Source: Nostoc punctiforme PCC 73102
GTDB taxonomy: Bacteria > Cyanobacteriota > Cyanobacteriia > Cyanobacteriales > Nostocaceae
Direction: 5' to 3'
NCBI RefSeq assembly: GCF_000020025.1
Contig: NC_010628.1
Coordinates: 3,930,001 to 3,962,000, forward strand
DNA: 32,000 nucleotides
The notes beneath the pieces were generated by a model that searched no databases, was not told the DNA's origin, and saw only the letters and a program-made list of their open reading frames with translations. Shown in pieces: positions 21,144 through 29,445 of this stretch. How positions within the stretch are numbered: position 1 is the first letter of the stretch; each line of letters opens with the position of its first letter. Made by a program: the position numbers and the translations under genes.

Positions 21144-24100
21144 GCGCGAGTCAACTTCTGGATGATTTGACGCAAAATGGAGTGTATTTGTGGGCTGAAG
21201 GCGACAAATTGCGTTTTCGTGCCCCCAAAGGTGTGTTAACGGAAGAACTGCGCGATCGCTTGACTGCTCACAAGCTAGAATTGCTGGCAATTTTGCAAAC
21301 GCCCGTGCCAACGGCAGAATTCACCCTAGTTCATGCTCCAGAGGAACGTTATCAGCCATTCCCGCTCACTGACTTACAACAAGCTTATGCTTTGGGTGGT
21401 AGTGATTTTTTCGATTTGGGTAACGTGTCTGCTCATTTCTACGTAGAATTTGCCGTTACTAATCTTGACATCGAGCGATTGAATTTGGCTTGGCAACGTT
21501 TAATTGAGCGTCATGAGATGCTACGAGCAGTAATTTTACCGGATGCCCAACAGCAGATTCTCGAAACTGTGCCTCCCTTTGCTGTGGAAGTCATCGACTT
21601 ACGGGGTCAAAAAGAGGCGGAGGAGCAAATAGCAGCGATGCGCCAGCAAATGAAGGATAATGGCCCGTCACTCGATAAATATCCTTTATTTGAGGTGCGG
21701 GTACAGTTATTGGATGAGGAGCGATGTCTAGCGACAAGACGCTTCGCGTCTACGCAACTCCACATCAGCATTAGTTTATTAATCTGCGATGCTTTAAGTG
21801 GTGGGTTTGTCTTCCAAGATTTATATCAGTTTTACCTCAATCCCCAAGCACAGTTACCAGCCCTGAATCTCTCTTTCCGAGATTACATTCTGACGCTGAA
21901 TCAACGCCGTCAAACAGCAGCCTACCAAAAAGCCCGTGATTACTGGTGGCCAAGGTTATCTGAAATTCCCCCAGCCCCGGAATTGCCCCTAGCCAAAAGT
22001 CCAAGTGCTATTGAGAAACCCACTTTTACCCGTTGGCAAGGGCAACTAGCACCAGCAGTTTGGCAGCAATTCAAAACACGAGTCAGTCAGCTGGGACTAA
22101 CACCGGCGGCTGCGATTTGTGCTGCTTATGCCACCATCCTCACCACTTGGAGCAAAAACCAAAAACTCACAGTTAACATCCTCTACTTTAACCGCGAACC
22201 ATTGCATCCACAGGTGTATCAGGTTTTAGGTAACTGTAGTTCTACCCTACTGCTGACAGTTGATCACACCCAAAGCGAAAGCTTCGCCGCCCAAGCCAAA
22301 CGCTTACAAGAGCAGTTGTGGAGTGATTTGGAACATACGGCGGTGACTGGTGTGGAGGTATTGGGCGAACTCAATCGGATGCAAGGGGGAACTGCTAGAG
22401 CTGCAATGCCTTGTACTTTTGCTAGTGCTTTGGGTTTGGGAAACCGTGACACTCAAACTAATGCTGCGGGTGAGCAGGATTGGCAGGTAATTTGTAACGG
22501 CTTGTTGCAAACGCCTTTCGTCCTCCTCGACCACCAAATTGTTGAAGAAAACGGCGCTTTGCTCCTGAATTGGGATGCTGTAGAAGAAGCTTTTCCCCCT
22601 AATTTAATGGCCCAAATGTTTGATGCTTACCAACTGCTATTGCATCGTTTGGCTGAGTCAGACAATACTTGGCAGACTACCACAGAATGGTTAGTACCTA
22701 AAGCACAACTACAACAACGAGCAGCCGTCAATGCTACCAAAACTACCATTTCCACCCAGTTGTTGCATGAGTTGTTTGTTGAACAAGCGACTCAACACCC
22801 AGAAAAATTAGCGATCGCTGCTTCTCAATTGACTTTGACTTACGCCGAACTCGATCACCTATCTAACTACATTGGTAGACAACTGCGAGACTTAGGCGCT
22901 CGTCCCAATCAGTTGGTAGCCGTGGTGATGGAAAAAGGTTGGGAGCAGTTAGTCGCTGTTTTGGGAATTCTCAAATCAGGTGCAGCTTACTTACCAATCG
23001 ACCCCAGCCTACCCCAAGAACGTCTTAACTGGCTGCTGGATAACGCTGAAGTAGCGATCGCTTTTACCCAACCTCGGCTAGAAGTAAATCTCAGCTTCGC
23101 GACTCAAGTCAAATGGCTAACAATTGATGACTCAACCCTGGTACAAGCCTCTACCAGTCAACCTTTACCATCAATACAAACCCCAGAAGATTTAGCCTAC
23201 GTCATCTACACCTCCGGCTCAACCGGCATACCCAAAGGTGTCACCATTGACCATCGCGGTGCAGCTAACACCATCCTCGATATTAATCAACGGTTTGGCA
23301 TGACAGCAGAGGATCGGGTATTTGCTATTTCCTCCTTGAGCTTTGACTTGTCAGTGTATGACATATTCGGAACGCTCGCAGCTGGTGGTACAATTATCAT
23401 GCCCGATGCTCAAGGCAGCCGCGATCCGGCGCATTGGCTGGATGTTCTCCAACGGGAGCAGGTGACAGTCTGGAACTCTGCACCAGCGTTAATGAAATTG
23501 TTAGTCGAATATGCAGGCGATCGCTGCGATCGCTTATCGTCTTCCATACGGTTGGTGATGATGAGTGGCGATTGGATTCCGGTAACTCTACCGGAGCAAA
23601 TTCACTCCTTGGGTAACGATGTCCAAGTAATCAGTTTGGGAGGAGCTACGGAAGCTTCCATCTGGTCAATTTTCTATCCTATCGAGGCAGTTGACCCTAG
23701 CTGGACTAGCATCCCCTACGGTAAACCCCTGAGTAACCAAAGCATCCACATCCTTGATGAAGCCTTGCAACCCCGTCCTGATTGGGTTCCAGGACAAATT
23801 TACATCGGTGGTGTCGGTTTAGCTCAGGGATATTGGCGAGATGCAGCCAAAACCCAAGCCAGCTTTATTCAGCATCCCCGCACGGGAGAGCGTCTTTACT
23901 GCACAGGGGACTTGGGACGCTATCTGCCGGATGGTAACATCGAGTTTTTAGGAAGAATTGATTTTCAGGTTAAAATTCGCGGTTATCGAATAGAAATAGG
24001 CGAAATTGAAACTGTCTTGCAGCAACACCCAGCCATCCGTTCTGTTGCTGTTTCAGCCGTTGGCGAACAACGGGATGACAAGCAATTGGTAGCTTATATC

Positions 24101-25345
24101 GTTTTTGAGCAGGAACAATCAATTACTTCATTAGAATTGCGTAGCTACCTCCAGCAGAAGTTACCAGAATACATGATTCCCTCAATGTTCATGTTTATGG
24201 ACAGCTTGCCCTTGTCATCCAACGGTAAAGTCGATCGCCGTGCTTTACCTGACCCAGAACCAAGTCAAGCAGATTTAGAGGCAATTGTCGCACCCAGAGA
24301 CAGCTTAGAGTTACAACTTGTACAAATTTGGCAAGAAATCTTGAAATTGCCGGAGGTAGGTATTACTAATAATTTCTTTGAACTGGGTGGAACTTCTATT
24401 CAAGCTGTGCGCTTGATGACGCAAATTCACAAACTGTTTGCTCAGAATTTGCCCTTGTCTACGTTGTTCCAAGGTGGGACTGTTGAGCATTTAGCGCGGA
24501 CTCTGCGGGAATCGTCAGATAGTTCAGTGCCTTGGTCGCCTTTAGTCAGTATCCAGCCCTCTGGTTCTCAGCCGCCTTTCTTCTGCGTTCATCCAGCTGG
24601 TGGTAATGTGCTTTGCTATATGGATCTCTCCCGTCGCTTGGGTGCAGATCAGCCGTTCTACGGTCTTCAGGCTGTGGGCATGGATGGAGAACAACCACCG
24701 TTCACCACTATCGAAGATATGGCAACTGATTATATTGCCGCCATCCGCACCGTTCAACCACAAGGGCCATACTCTATCGGTGGCTGGTCTTTCGGGGGAA
24801 TTGCAGCCTTGGAAATTGCCCAGCAATTGCGCCAGCAAGGTCAAGAAGTCAATATGCTGGTACTTATCGACTGTCCCGCACCCTTATCTGGCGAAGATTT
24901 GGACGAAGCTACCTTAGCAGCTTGGTTTATCCAAGACTTAGAAGGTCGATTTGATCTTGATGCTACTAGATTGCAGCAGTTACAGCAACTAGATACCGCA
25001 CAACAGTTGAATTACATCCTAGAACAAGCCAGACTACTGCACTTAGTTCCGCCAGATGCTGGAGTTGAACAAGTCAACTATTTGTTCGAGGTGTTCAAAT
25101 GCAATATGCGAGCGATCGAATCCTACACACCGCGTCTCTACGAGGGGCTAGCAACACTGCTGCGGGCAGAAAACCAACCACTAGAAAATCCCACCAACCC
25201 AGCTTTAGATTGGCACAAATTACTCACCAATTTGGAAGTGCGTTGGATTCCAGGCAACCACTACACGATGGTCAGAGAACCAGATGTGCAAACATTGGCA
25301 ACCCAATTGAGGGCTTGTCTGGCAGTTATGAACAACTGGAAATAG
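21140..25345 (+). CDS. NRPS termination module (TubC-N-type docking domain, Cy-like condensation, A(Cys), PCP, TE)
   Basis: The ORF track starts at 21122. I prefer the in-frame ATG at 21140, which forms an ATGA overlap with the PKS stop (TGA 21141-21143). Motifs: [13 protein letters not shown] (Cy-type C1); A3 [16 protein letters not shown]; A4 [10 protein letters not shown]; [13 protein letters not shown]; NGKVDR; [14 protein letters not shown] (Ser TCT 24395-24397); TE GWSFGG (Ser TCT 24788-24790), LIDCPAP, PGNHYTM. Confidence 0.93.
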   Translation: MSASQLLDDLTQNGVYLWAEGDKLRFRAPKGVLTEELRDRLTAHKLELLAILQTPVPTAEFTLVHAPEERYQPFPLTDLQQAYALGGSDFFDLGNVSAHFYVEFAVTNLDIERLNLAWQRLIERHEMLRAVILPDAQQQILETVPPFAVEVIDLRGQKEAEEQIAAMRQQMKDNGPSLDKYPLFEVRVQLLDEERCLATRRFASTQLHISISLLICDALSGGFVFQDLYQFYLNPQAQLPALNLSFRDYILTLNQRRQTAAYQKARDYWWPRLSEIPPAPELPLAKSPSAIEKPTFTRWQGQLAPAVWQQFKTRVSQLGLTPAAAICAAYATILTTWSKNQKLTVNILYFNREPLHPQVYQVLGNCSSTLLLTVDHTQSESFAAQAKRLQEQLWSDLEHTAVTGVEVLGELNRMQGGTARAAMPCTFASALGLGNRDTQTNAAGEQDWQVICNGLLQTPFVLLDHQIVEENGALLLNWDAVEEAFPPNLMAQMFDAYQLLLHRLAESDNTWQTTTEWLVPKAQLQQRAAVNATKTTISTQLLHELFVEQATQHPEKLAIAASQLTLTYAELDHLSNYIGRQLRDLGARPNQLVAVVMEKGWEQLVAVLGILKSGAAYLPIDPSLPQERLNWLLDNAEVAIAFTQPRLEVNLSFATQVKWLTIDDSTLVQASTSQPLPSIQTPEDLAYVIYTSGSTGIPKGVTIDHRGAANTILDINQRFGMTAEDRVFAISSLSFDLSVYDIFGTLAAGGTIIMPDAQGSRDPAHWLDVLQREQVTVWNSAPALMKLLVEYAGDRCDRLSSSIRLVMMSGDWIPVTLPEQIHSLGNDVQVISLGGATEASIWSIFYPIEAVDPSWTSIPYGKPLSNQSIHILDEALQPRPDWVPGQIYIGGVGLAQGYWRDAAKTQASFIQHPRTGERLYCTGDLGRYLPDGNIEFLGRIDFQVKIRGYRIEIGEIETVLQQHPAIRSVAVSAVGEQRDDKQLVAYIVFEQEQSITSLELRSYLQQKLPEYMIPSMFMFMDSLPLSSNGKVDRRALPDPEPSQADLEAIVAPRDSLELQLVQIWQEILKLPEVGITNNFFELGGTSIQAVRLMTQIHKLFAQNLPLSTLFQGGTVEHLARTLRESSDSSVPWSPLVSIQPSGSQPPFFCVHPAGGNVLCYMDLSRRLGADQPFYGLQAVGMDGEQPPFTTIEDMATDYIAAIRTVQPQGPYSIGGWSFGGIAALEIAQQLRQQGQEVNMLVLIDCPAPLSGEDLDEATLAAWFIQDLEGRFDLDATRLQQLQQLDTAQQLNYILEQARLLHLVPPDAGVEQVNYLFEVFKCNMRAIESYTPRLYEGLATLLRAENQPLENPTNPALDWHKLLTNLEVRWIPGNHYTMVREPDVQTLATQLRACLAVMNNWK
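21143..21295 (+). other. TubC-N-type (beta-hairpin) N-terminal docking domain of the NRPS
   Basis: [52 protein letters not shown]. Recognised from the L..L...GV.LW.EGD.LR.RAP.G.L...L...L..HK.ELL..L pattern. Confidence 0.75.
21347..22666 (+). other. Cy-type (heterocyclisation-family) condensation domain, variant active-site signature
   Basis: [59 protein letters not shown]. The signature window reads [15 protein letters not shown] (a single Asp). Confidence 0.8.
22754..24241 (+). other. Adenylation domain, predicted cysteine-specific
   Basis: Specificity residues read by eye against GrsA numbering: D742 L743 Y746 N785 M813 S815 L839 I847 W848 K1036, giving DLYNMSLIWK. That is one position from the canonical Cys code DLYNLSLIWK. 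Confidence 0.8.
24293..24505 (+). other. PCP (thiolation) domain
   Basis: [18 protein letters not shown], Ser at 24395-24397. Confidence 0.85.
24569..25321 (+). other. Thioesterase domain
   Basis: [34 protein letters not shown] (Ser/Asp/His). Confidence 0.85.
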
Positions 25346-25411
25346 GGAAGATAATTGCTCTCCTCCACCCTCTTACCCCAGCCTTTTCATCATTTCTTTA
25401 GGAGTTAACTT

Positions 25412-26095
25412 GTGGAACTAATAACACAATTTCAGTTTGCAGTGGCTTTCCCAGAACAACTACCACAAGTAGATGTCAAAGCCATTCTCTGCTTGGTTCA
25501 TTCACTGTATTGGCTATTAATTGTCAATGCATCCATCATTAGACGGCGCAAACTCAATAACCCAGAGTCATTTGTTGACACCTCCACAAAAGAACCAGTT
25601 GCTAGTGAGTCATCTATCACTCCTCAAGGTCCACCAGCACTATTTCTCACCAGTGCTACCTACGGTATCTTTTACATTTTGCTAGCAATTTGGTGGGCAA
25701 ATCCCGATGCGCTAGGATTTTTTGTATTTCAACCGACTTTTCCGATTCAAGCTTTAGGAATTGCTATTCTTGGTTTGGCATTAATTGTGAAAGTATGGTC
25801 TTTTTGGGTTTTTCGCAGTTGGCGGTTATTTCCCCACATCGATCCCGGTCATCAACTTGTGACCAAAGGGCCTTATAGTTTTGTCAGACATCCACTTTAC
25901 TTCGCTTTTCAACTTCTGTTTTTTGGCTCGTTTCTAATTGTTCCAAGACTGGGATTTTTACTGCAAGTAATTGCTAATTTCTTAGCTCATGATTTTCGCT
26001 GCCGAGTTGAAGAAAAAATATTGCTGCAAGCTTTTAATAATGCATACGAGGCATATAAAAAACGCACTCGTCGTTTATTGCCTTGGGTGTATTAA
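25412..26095 (+). CDS. Polytopic membrane methyltransferase, ICMT/PEMT superfamily
   Basis: 227-aa ORF starting at a GTG, with GGAG (25401-25404) 7 nt upstream, 67 nt after the NRPS stop on the same strand. It has several hydrophobic segments. The C-terminal block LVTKGPYSFVRHPLYFAFQLLFFG...RVEEKILLQAFNNAYEAYKKRTRRLLPWVY matches the signature I recognise from isoprenylcysteine carboxyl / phospholipid methyltransferase family proteins. Confidence 0.8.
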   Translation: MELITQFQFAVAFPEQLPQVDVKAILCLVHSLYWLLIVNASIIRRRKLNNPESFVDTSTKEPVASESSITPQGPPALFLTSATYGIFYILLAIWWANPDALGFFVFQPTFPIQALGIAILGLALIVKVWSFWVFRSWRLFPHIDPGHQLVTKGPYSFVRHPLYFAFQLLFFGSFLIVPRLGFLLQVIANFLAHDFRCRVEEKILLQAFNNAYEAYKKRTRRLLPWVY

Positions 26096-26111
26096 TATAG
26101 TCTAATGGCGT

Positions 26112-26139
26112 AGGGATATATTTTAAAAAATATGTCCCT
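26112..26139 (+). terminator. AT-rich hairpin/palindrome 17 nt downstream of the methyltransferase stop
   Basis: AGGGATATA(tttt aaaaaa)TATGTCCCT: a 9-bp stem with one G-U pair, extendable through the A/T tract. No clean U-tail. Confidence 0.3.
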
Positions 26140-26191
26140 TGGCTAAATTCTTAACTTTGCAAAACTAGACTTTATAGATTTAAGTTAAATT

Positions 26192-27514
26192 ATGAAATAT
26201 CAGTTTTTTGCCAAAACTATAAACTTGAAATTTGTTGTAATTTTAGGCGTTGCGGCTTTAGCTACTTGTGCTACTTCCTTTTATTTAGTTTTAAATAATC
26301 AACTAGAAAATCAAAAGCGATCGCAGCAGGCTATTGCAGCTAATAATAAAATTCAAGCAAGTCCCAATGCGGTTGCTGCTAGGGGGTATCTAGAGCCTAA
26401 AGGAGAAGTAATTAAGCTATCTGCTCCTACTTCTATACAAGGTGAAGGTGTACGACTTGCAAAGCTACTTGTCAAACAAGGAGACAAGGTAAAAACAGGT
26501 CAAGTAGTGGCAATTCTGGATAATCAAGAACGTCTGCAAGCAGCTTTGGAACAGGCAAAAACTGAAGTTAATGTTTCTCAAGCTAAACTAGAACAGACTA
26601 AAGCAGGCGCGAAAACAGGAGATATTAATGCTCAAACAGCAAAATATCAACAAACAAGAGCAGAACTAGAAGGTCAACTCACAATTCAAAGAGCAACTAT
26701 TGCCAATTTAGCAGCTCAGTTACAAGGAGAAAAGAATTCTCAAGCCGCAACCATTAAGAGGATTCAAGCTGAACTGCAATATGCTCAAACTGAATGCGAT
26801 CGCTATAATGCTTTGTATCAAAAAGGAGTAGTTTCAGCTTCTCAACGAGATAGCACTTGTCTACAAAACAATACTGCTCAAGAACAACTTGCAGAAGCTG
26901 AATCTAATTTACAAAAAATTATTACTACTAGAACAGAACAAGTCAAAGAAGCACAAGCCAATTTCAATCGCACATTAGCAACCTTAAAAAAGGAAGTTGA
27001 AGAAGCCAAAGCAACTCTAAATGCCACCGCAGAAGTCCGCCCTGTAGATGTCAATGTGGCAGAATCAGAGCTAAAAAATGCCCAGGCTGCTGTGAAAAAA
27101 TCTCAAGCAAACTTAAATTTAGCTTATGTGCGATCGCCTAAAAATGGACAAGTTTTAAAAATTCACACATGGGCTGGTGAAGTTATTAGTAACGATGGAA
27201 TTATCGAGTTAGGTCAGACAGAACAAATGTACGCGATCGCAGAAGTTTATGAAACCGATATTAGTAAAGTTCGTCTTGGTCAACAAGCAACTGTTACCAG
27301 TGGTGGATTAATCGAAGAACTTAAAGGCAATGTAGATGAAGTTGGTTTAAAAGTTGGCGTTTTAAATGCTTTAGGAACCGATCCTGTTGCGGATGCAGAT
27401 ACTAGAGTTGTCGAAGTGAAAATTCGTCTGTCTCCACAATATAGCCGAAAAGTTGCTAACCTAACTAATTTAGAAGTCAACGTCATGATTAATACTGAAT
27501 CACCCTCAAATTGA
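26192..27514 (+). CDS. DevB-like HlyD-family membrane fusion protein (ABC exporter adaptor)
   Basis: 440 aa with an N-terminal TM anchor (FVVILGVAALATCATSFYLVL). The motif VAARGYLEPKGEVIKLSAP...VKQGDKVKTGQVVAILDN is followed by a long Q/A/E-rich coiled coil and a C-terminal beta-barrel region. This is the typical DevB/HlyD layout. Confidence 0.88.
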   Translation: MKYQFFAKTINLKFVVILGVAALATCATSFYLVLNNQLENQKRSQQAIAANNKIQASPNAVAARGYLEPKGEVIKLSAPTSIQGEGVRLAKLLVKQGDKVKTGQVVAILDNQERLQAALEQAKTEVNVSQAKLEQTKAGAKTGDINAQTAKYQQTRAELEGQLTIQRATIANLAAQLQGEKNSQAATIKRIQAELQYAQTECDRYNALYQKGVVSASQRDSTCLQNNTAQEQLAEAESNLQKIITTRTEQVKEAQANFNRTLATLKKEVEEAKATLNATAEVRPVDVNVAESELKNAQAAVKKSQANLNLAYVRSPKNGQVLKIHTWAGEVISNDGIIELGQTEQMYAIAEVYETDISKVRLGQQATVTSGGLIEELKGNVDEVGLKVGVLNALGTDPVADADTRVVEVKIRLSPQYSRKVANLTNLEVNVMINTESPSN

Positions 27515-27710
27515 CACCTTTTTTATCTATAAATTTTCAAAAAATAAACAAAATAAATATTATTATACTATTTCTTTGTGTGCTTCGCGTCTATGCGGTT
27601 CGTTTTTTTTCTTATACTTCTCTCCTAATATGGTTTAGTGCATCTTAATACAGAATTGGTATTACGTCGATCTCTTTTTTAGTTTGTTGTAAATTTTAAA
27701 TATAAACATT

Positions 27711-28883
27711 ATGCGTAGCAAAAAAATACCAGTAGCTTGGTTACAACTTAGATATCAAAAAGCCAGATTAATTATTGCTTTATTAGGAGTAGTTTTTGCT
27801 GTAGTAATTGTCTTCATCCAACTAGGCATTCGAGATGCTTTATTTGACAGCGCTGTTCGTTTGCACCAAGGTTTACAAGGAGATTGTTTTTTGATTAGTC
27901 CTCGTTCTACAGCTTTAATTGCTATGGAAAGTTTTCCAGAACGACGTTTATCTCAGTCTTTAGCATTTCCAGAAGTTAATTATGTTGCACCGATATATTT
28001 AGGCTTTGGTCAATGGAAAAATCCTGAAACTAAAGACTATTGGCGGAATATATTTGTGATTGGTTTTGATATTCGCTATCAGGTCGTAGATTTTGCTGGA
28101 GTTGAGGAAAATATCAACAAACTAAAAATTCCAAATGTGGTTTTATTTGACCGCAGTTCTCGTGCTGAATTTGGGCCTGTGGTTGCAGATTTTGAGCAAA
28201 AAGGTAATGTAGAAACAGAAATTGGGAACCGTTCTTCAAATCGCCGGGTTAAAGTAGCTGGCCTATTTAATTTAGGTACATCTTTTGGTTCAGATGGAAA
28301 TTTAGTCACCAGTCATCTTAACTTCTTAAGGATTTTTAGCTCTCGTTATAAAGGATTAATTGATATTGGTTTAATCAAATTAAAACCAGGATATGATGTC
28401 CAAGAGTTTACAGGAAAATTAAAAACGTTTTTACCTAAAGATGTAAAAGTATTATCAAAAGAACAACTTATTGCTTTTGAAAAAAATTACTGGCAAACTA
28501 GTACAGCTATTGGATTTATTTTTAACTTAGGGGTAGGATTAGGAATTGTGGTAGGTATTGTAGTCGTATACCAAATTCTCTATACCAATGTTTCTGAACA
28601 TTTACCTCAATATGCCACTTTAAAAGCAATTGGTTATCAACAAAGATACCTTTTATCTATAGTTTTACAGCAAGCATTATTAATTGCAATTTTAGGCTAC
28701 ATACCGGGGTTTTTAATTTCTATAATTCAGTATGAATTTGCTAAAAAAGCTACACTTCTACCTATTGTAATGACAATAGATAGGGCTGCTTTTGTGCTGA
28801 TAGCAACTGTTATTATGTGTTTTGTTTCGGGCGCAACAGCCGTGAGAAAACTCAAACAAGCAGATCCGGCTGATATTTTTTAG
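27711..28883 (+). CDS. DevC-like ABC exporter permease (FtsX/MacB-type)
   Basis: 390 aa. The N-terminus IPVAWLQLRYQKARLIIALLGVVFAVVIVFIQLG is DevC-like. A large periplasmic loop is followed by a C-terminal FtsX-type 3-TM bundle (ATLKAIGYQQRYLLSIVLQQALLIAILGYIPGF...). Confidence 0.88.
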   Translation: MRSKKIPVAWLQLRYQKARLIIALLGVVFAVVIVFIQLGIRDALFDSAVRLHQGLQGDCFLISPRSTALIAMESFPERRLSQSLAFPEVNYVAPIYLGFGQWKNPETKDYWRNIFVIGFDIRYQVVDFAGVEENINKLKIPNVVLFDRSSRAEFGPVVADFEQKGNVETEIGNRSSNRRVKVAGLFNLGTSFGSDGNLVTSHLNFLRIFSSRYKGLIDIGLIKLKPGYDVQEFTGKLKTFLPKDVKVLSKEQLIAFEKNYWQTSTAIGFIFNLGVGLGIVVGIVVVYQILYTNVSEHLPQYATLKAIGYQQRYLLSIVLQQALLIAILGYIPGFLISIIQYEFAKKATLLPIVMTIDRAAFVLIATVIMCFVSGATAVRKLKQADPADIF

Positions 28884-28911
28884 TAGAGATGTAGCATTGC
28901 AACATCTCTAC
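28883..28911. terminator. Hairpin between the convergent DevC-like and SRPBCC genes
   Basis: GTAGAGATGT (28883-28892), 9-nt loop agcattgca, ACATCTCTAC (28902-28911): a perfect 10-bp stem starting in the devC-like stop codon. No U-tract follows, so the terminator role is uncertain. Confidence 0.4.
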
Positions 28912-28946
28912 AGGATTTATACGCATCGTGATTAATGTGAAATAGA

Positions 28947-29396
28947 TTAGTCTGCTGTTTTTTCTAAGTAACCTTGTCTAATACTTTCAGCTTCAGCTAT
29001 TTCCCTGATATTCTCCATCACTCTCGGTAAAACTTTTTTAAACTTTTTGCCGAGAAACCAACCAAATAAAAATGCCAAGGCTCCTTTAAATGAGACTTCA
29101 TGAGTAAATGATGTACTACCTGCATGAATATTCAAGTAGCGATATACATTTAACTTGCAAAATGGTAACTGAATTGTGAATGTATAACTCTTTCCTGGGC
29201 TAAACTGCGAAATTGTAAATTTAGAAGTTGTACCTGTTTTCGGTGTTAATTTACCTACCGCATTAAGCTTAAAAGGACTCTCAAGATATGAATCACACAC
29301 TTCGGTATCCCATACTGACCAATTATCTACATCAGTCCAAATCGCCCAAATTCTTTCAGGTGTGGCAAACGTTGTGACAGTATTGCTAAACTTCAT
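28947..29396 (-). CDS. SRPBCC (START/Bet v1-like, polyketide_cyc2-type) family protein
   Basis: 149 aa. N-terminus ...TFATPERIWAIWTDVDNWSVWD... plus the size and overall pattern are typical of SRPBCC ligand-binding proteins. GAGAG lies just upstream of the ATG on the minus strand. The gene sits 49 nt downstream of the YdhR-like gene, so the two are likely an operon. Confidence 0.7.
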   Translation of the reverse strand: MKFSNTVTTFATPERIWAIWTDVDNWSVWDTEVCDSYLESPFKLNAVGKLTPKTGTTSKFTISQFSPGKSYTFTIQLPFCKLNVYRYLNIHAGSTSFTHEVSFKGALAFLFGWFLGKKFKKVLPRVMENIREIAEAESIRQGYLEKTAD

Positions 29397-29445
29397 ATAA
29401 CTCTCTCATCTGGTTAGATACAATGCAGTATGCAATTTTTTGAGA

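Noticed and set aside
26151-26178. A possible devB-like promoter: TTAACT, 16-nt spacer, TATAGA.
   Set aside because: Both boxes are weak matches in very AT-rich DNA, and the implied leader (about 7 nt) lacks a ribosome-binding site. Co-transcription from upstream is equally plausible.
27582-27610. An intrinsic terminator or attenuator between the devB-like and devC-like genes (a T8 run preceded by cgcgtctatgcg).
   Set aside because: The best stem I can draw is only 3-4 bp including a G-U pair, which is too weak to call. The T-run may just reflect the AT-rich spacer.
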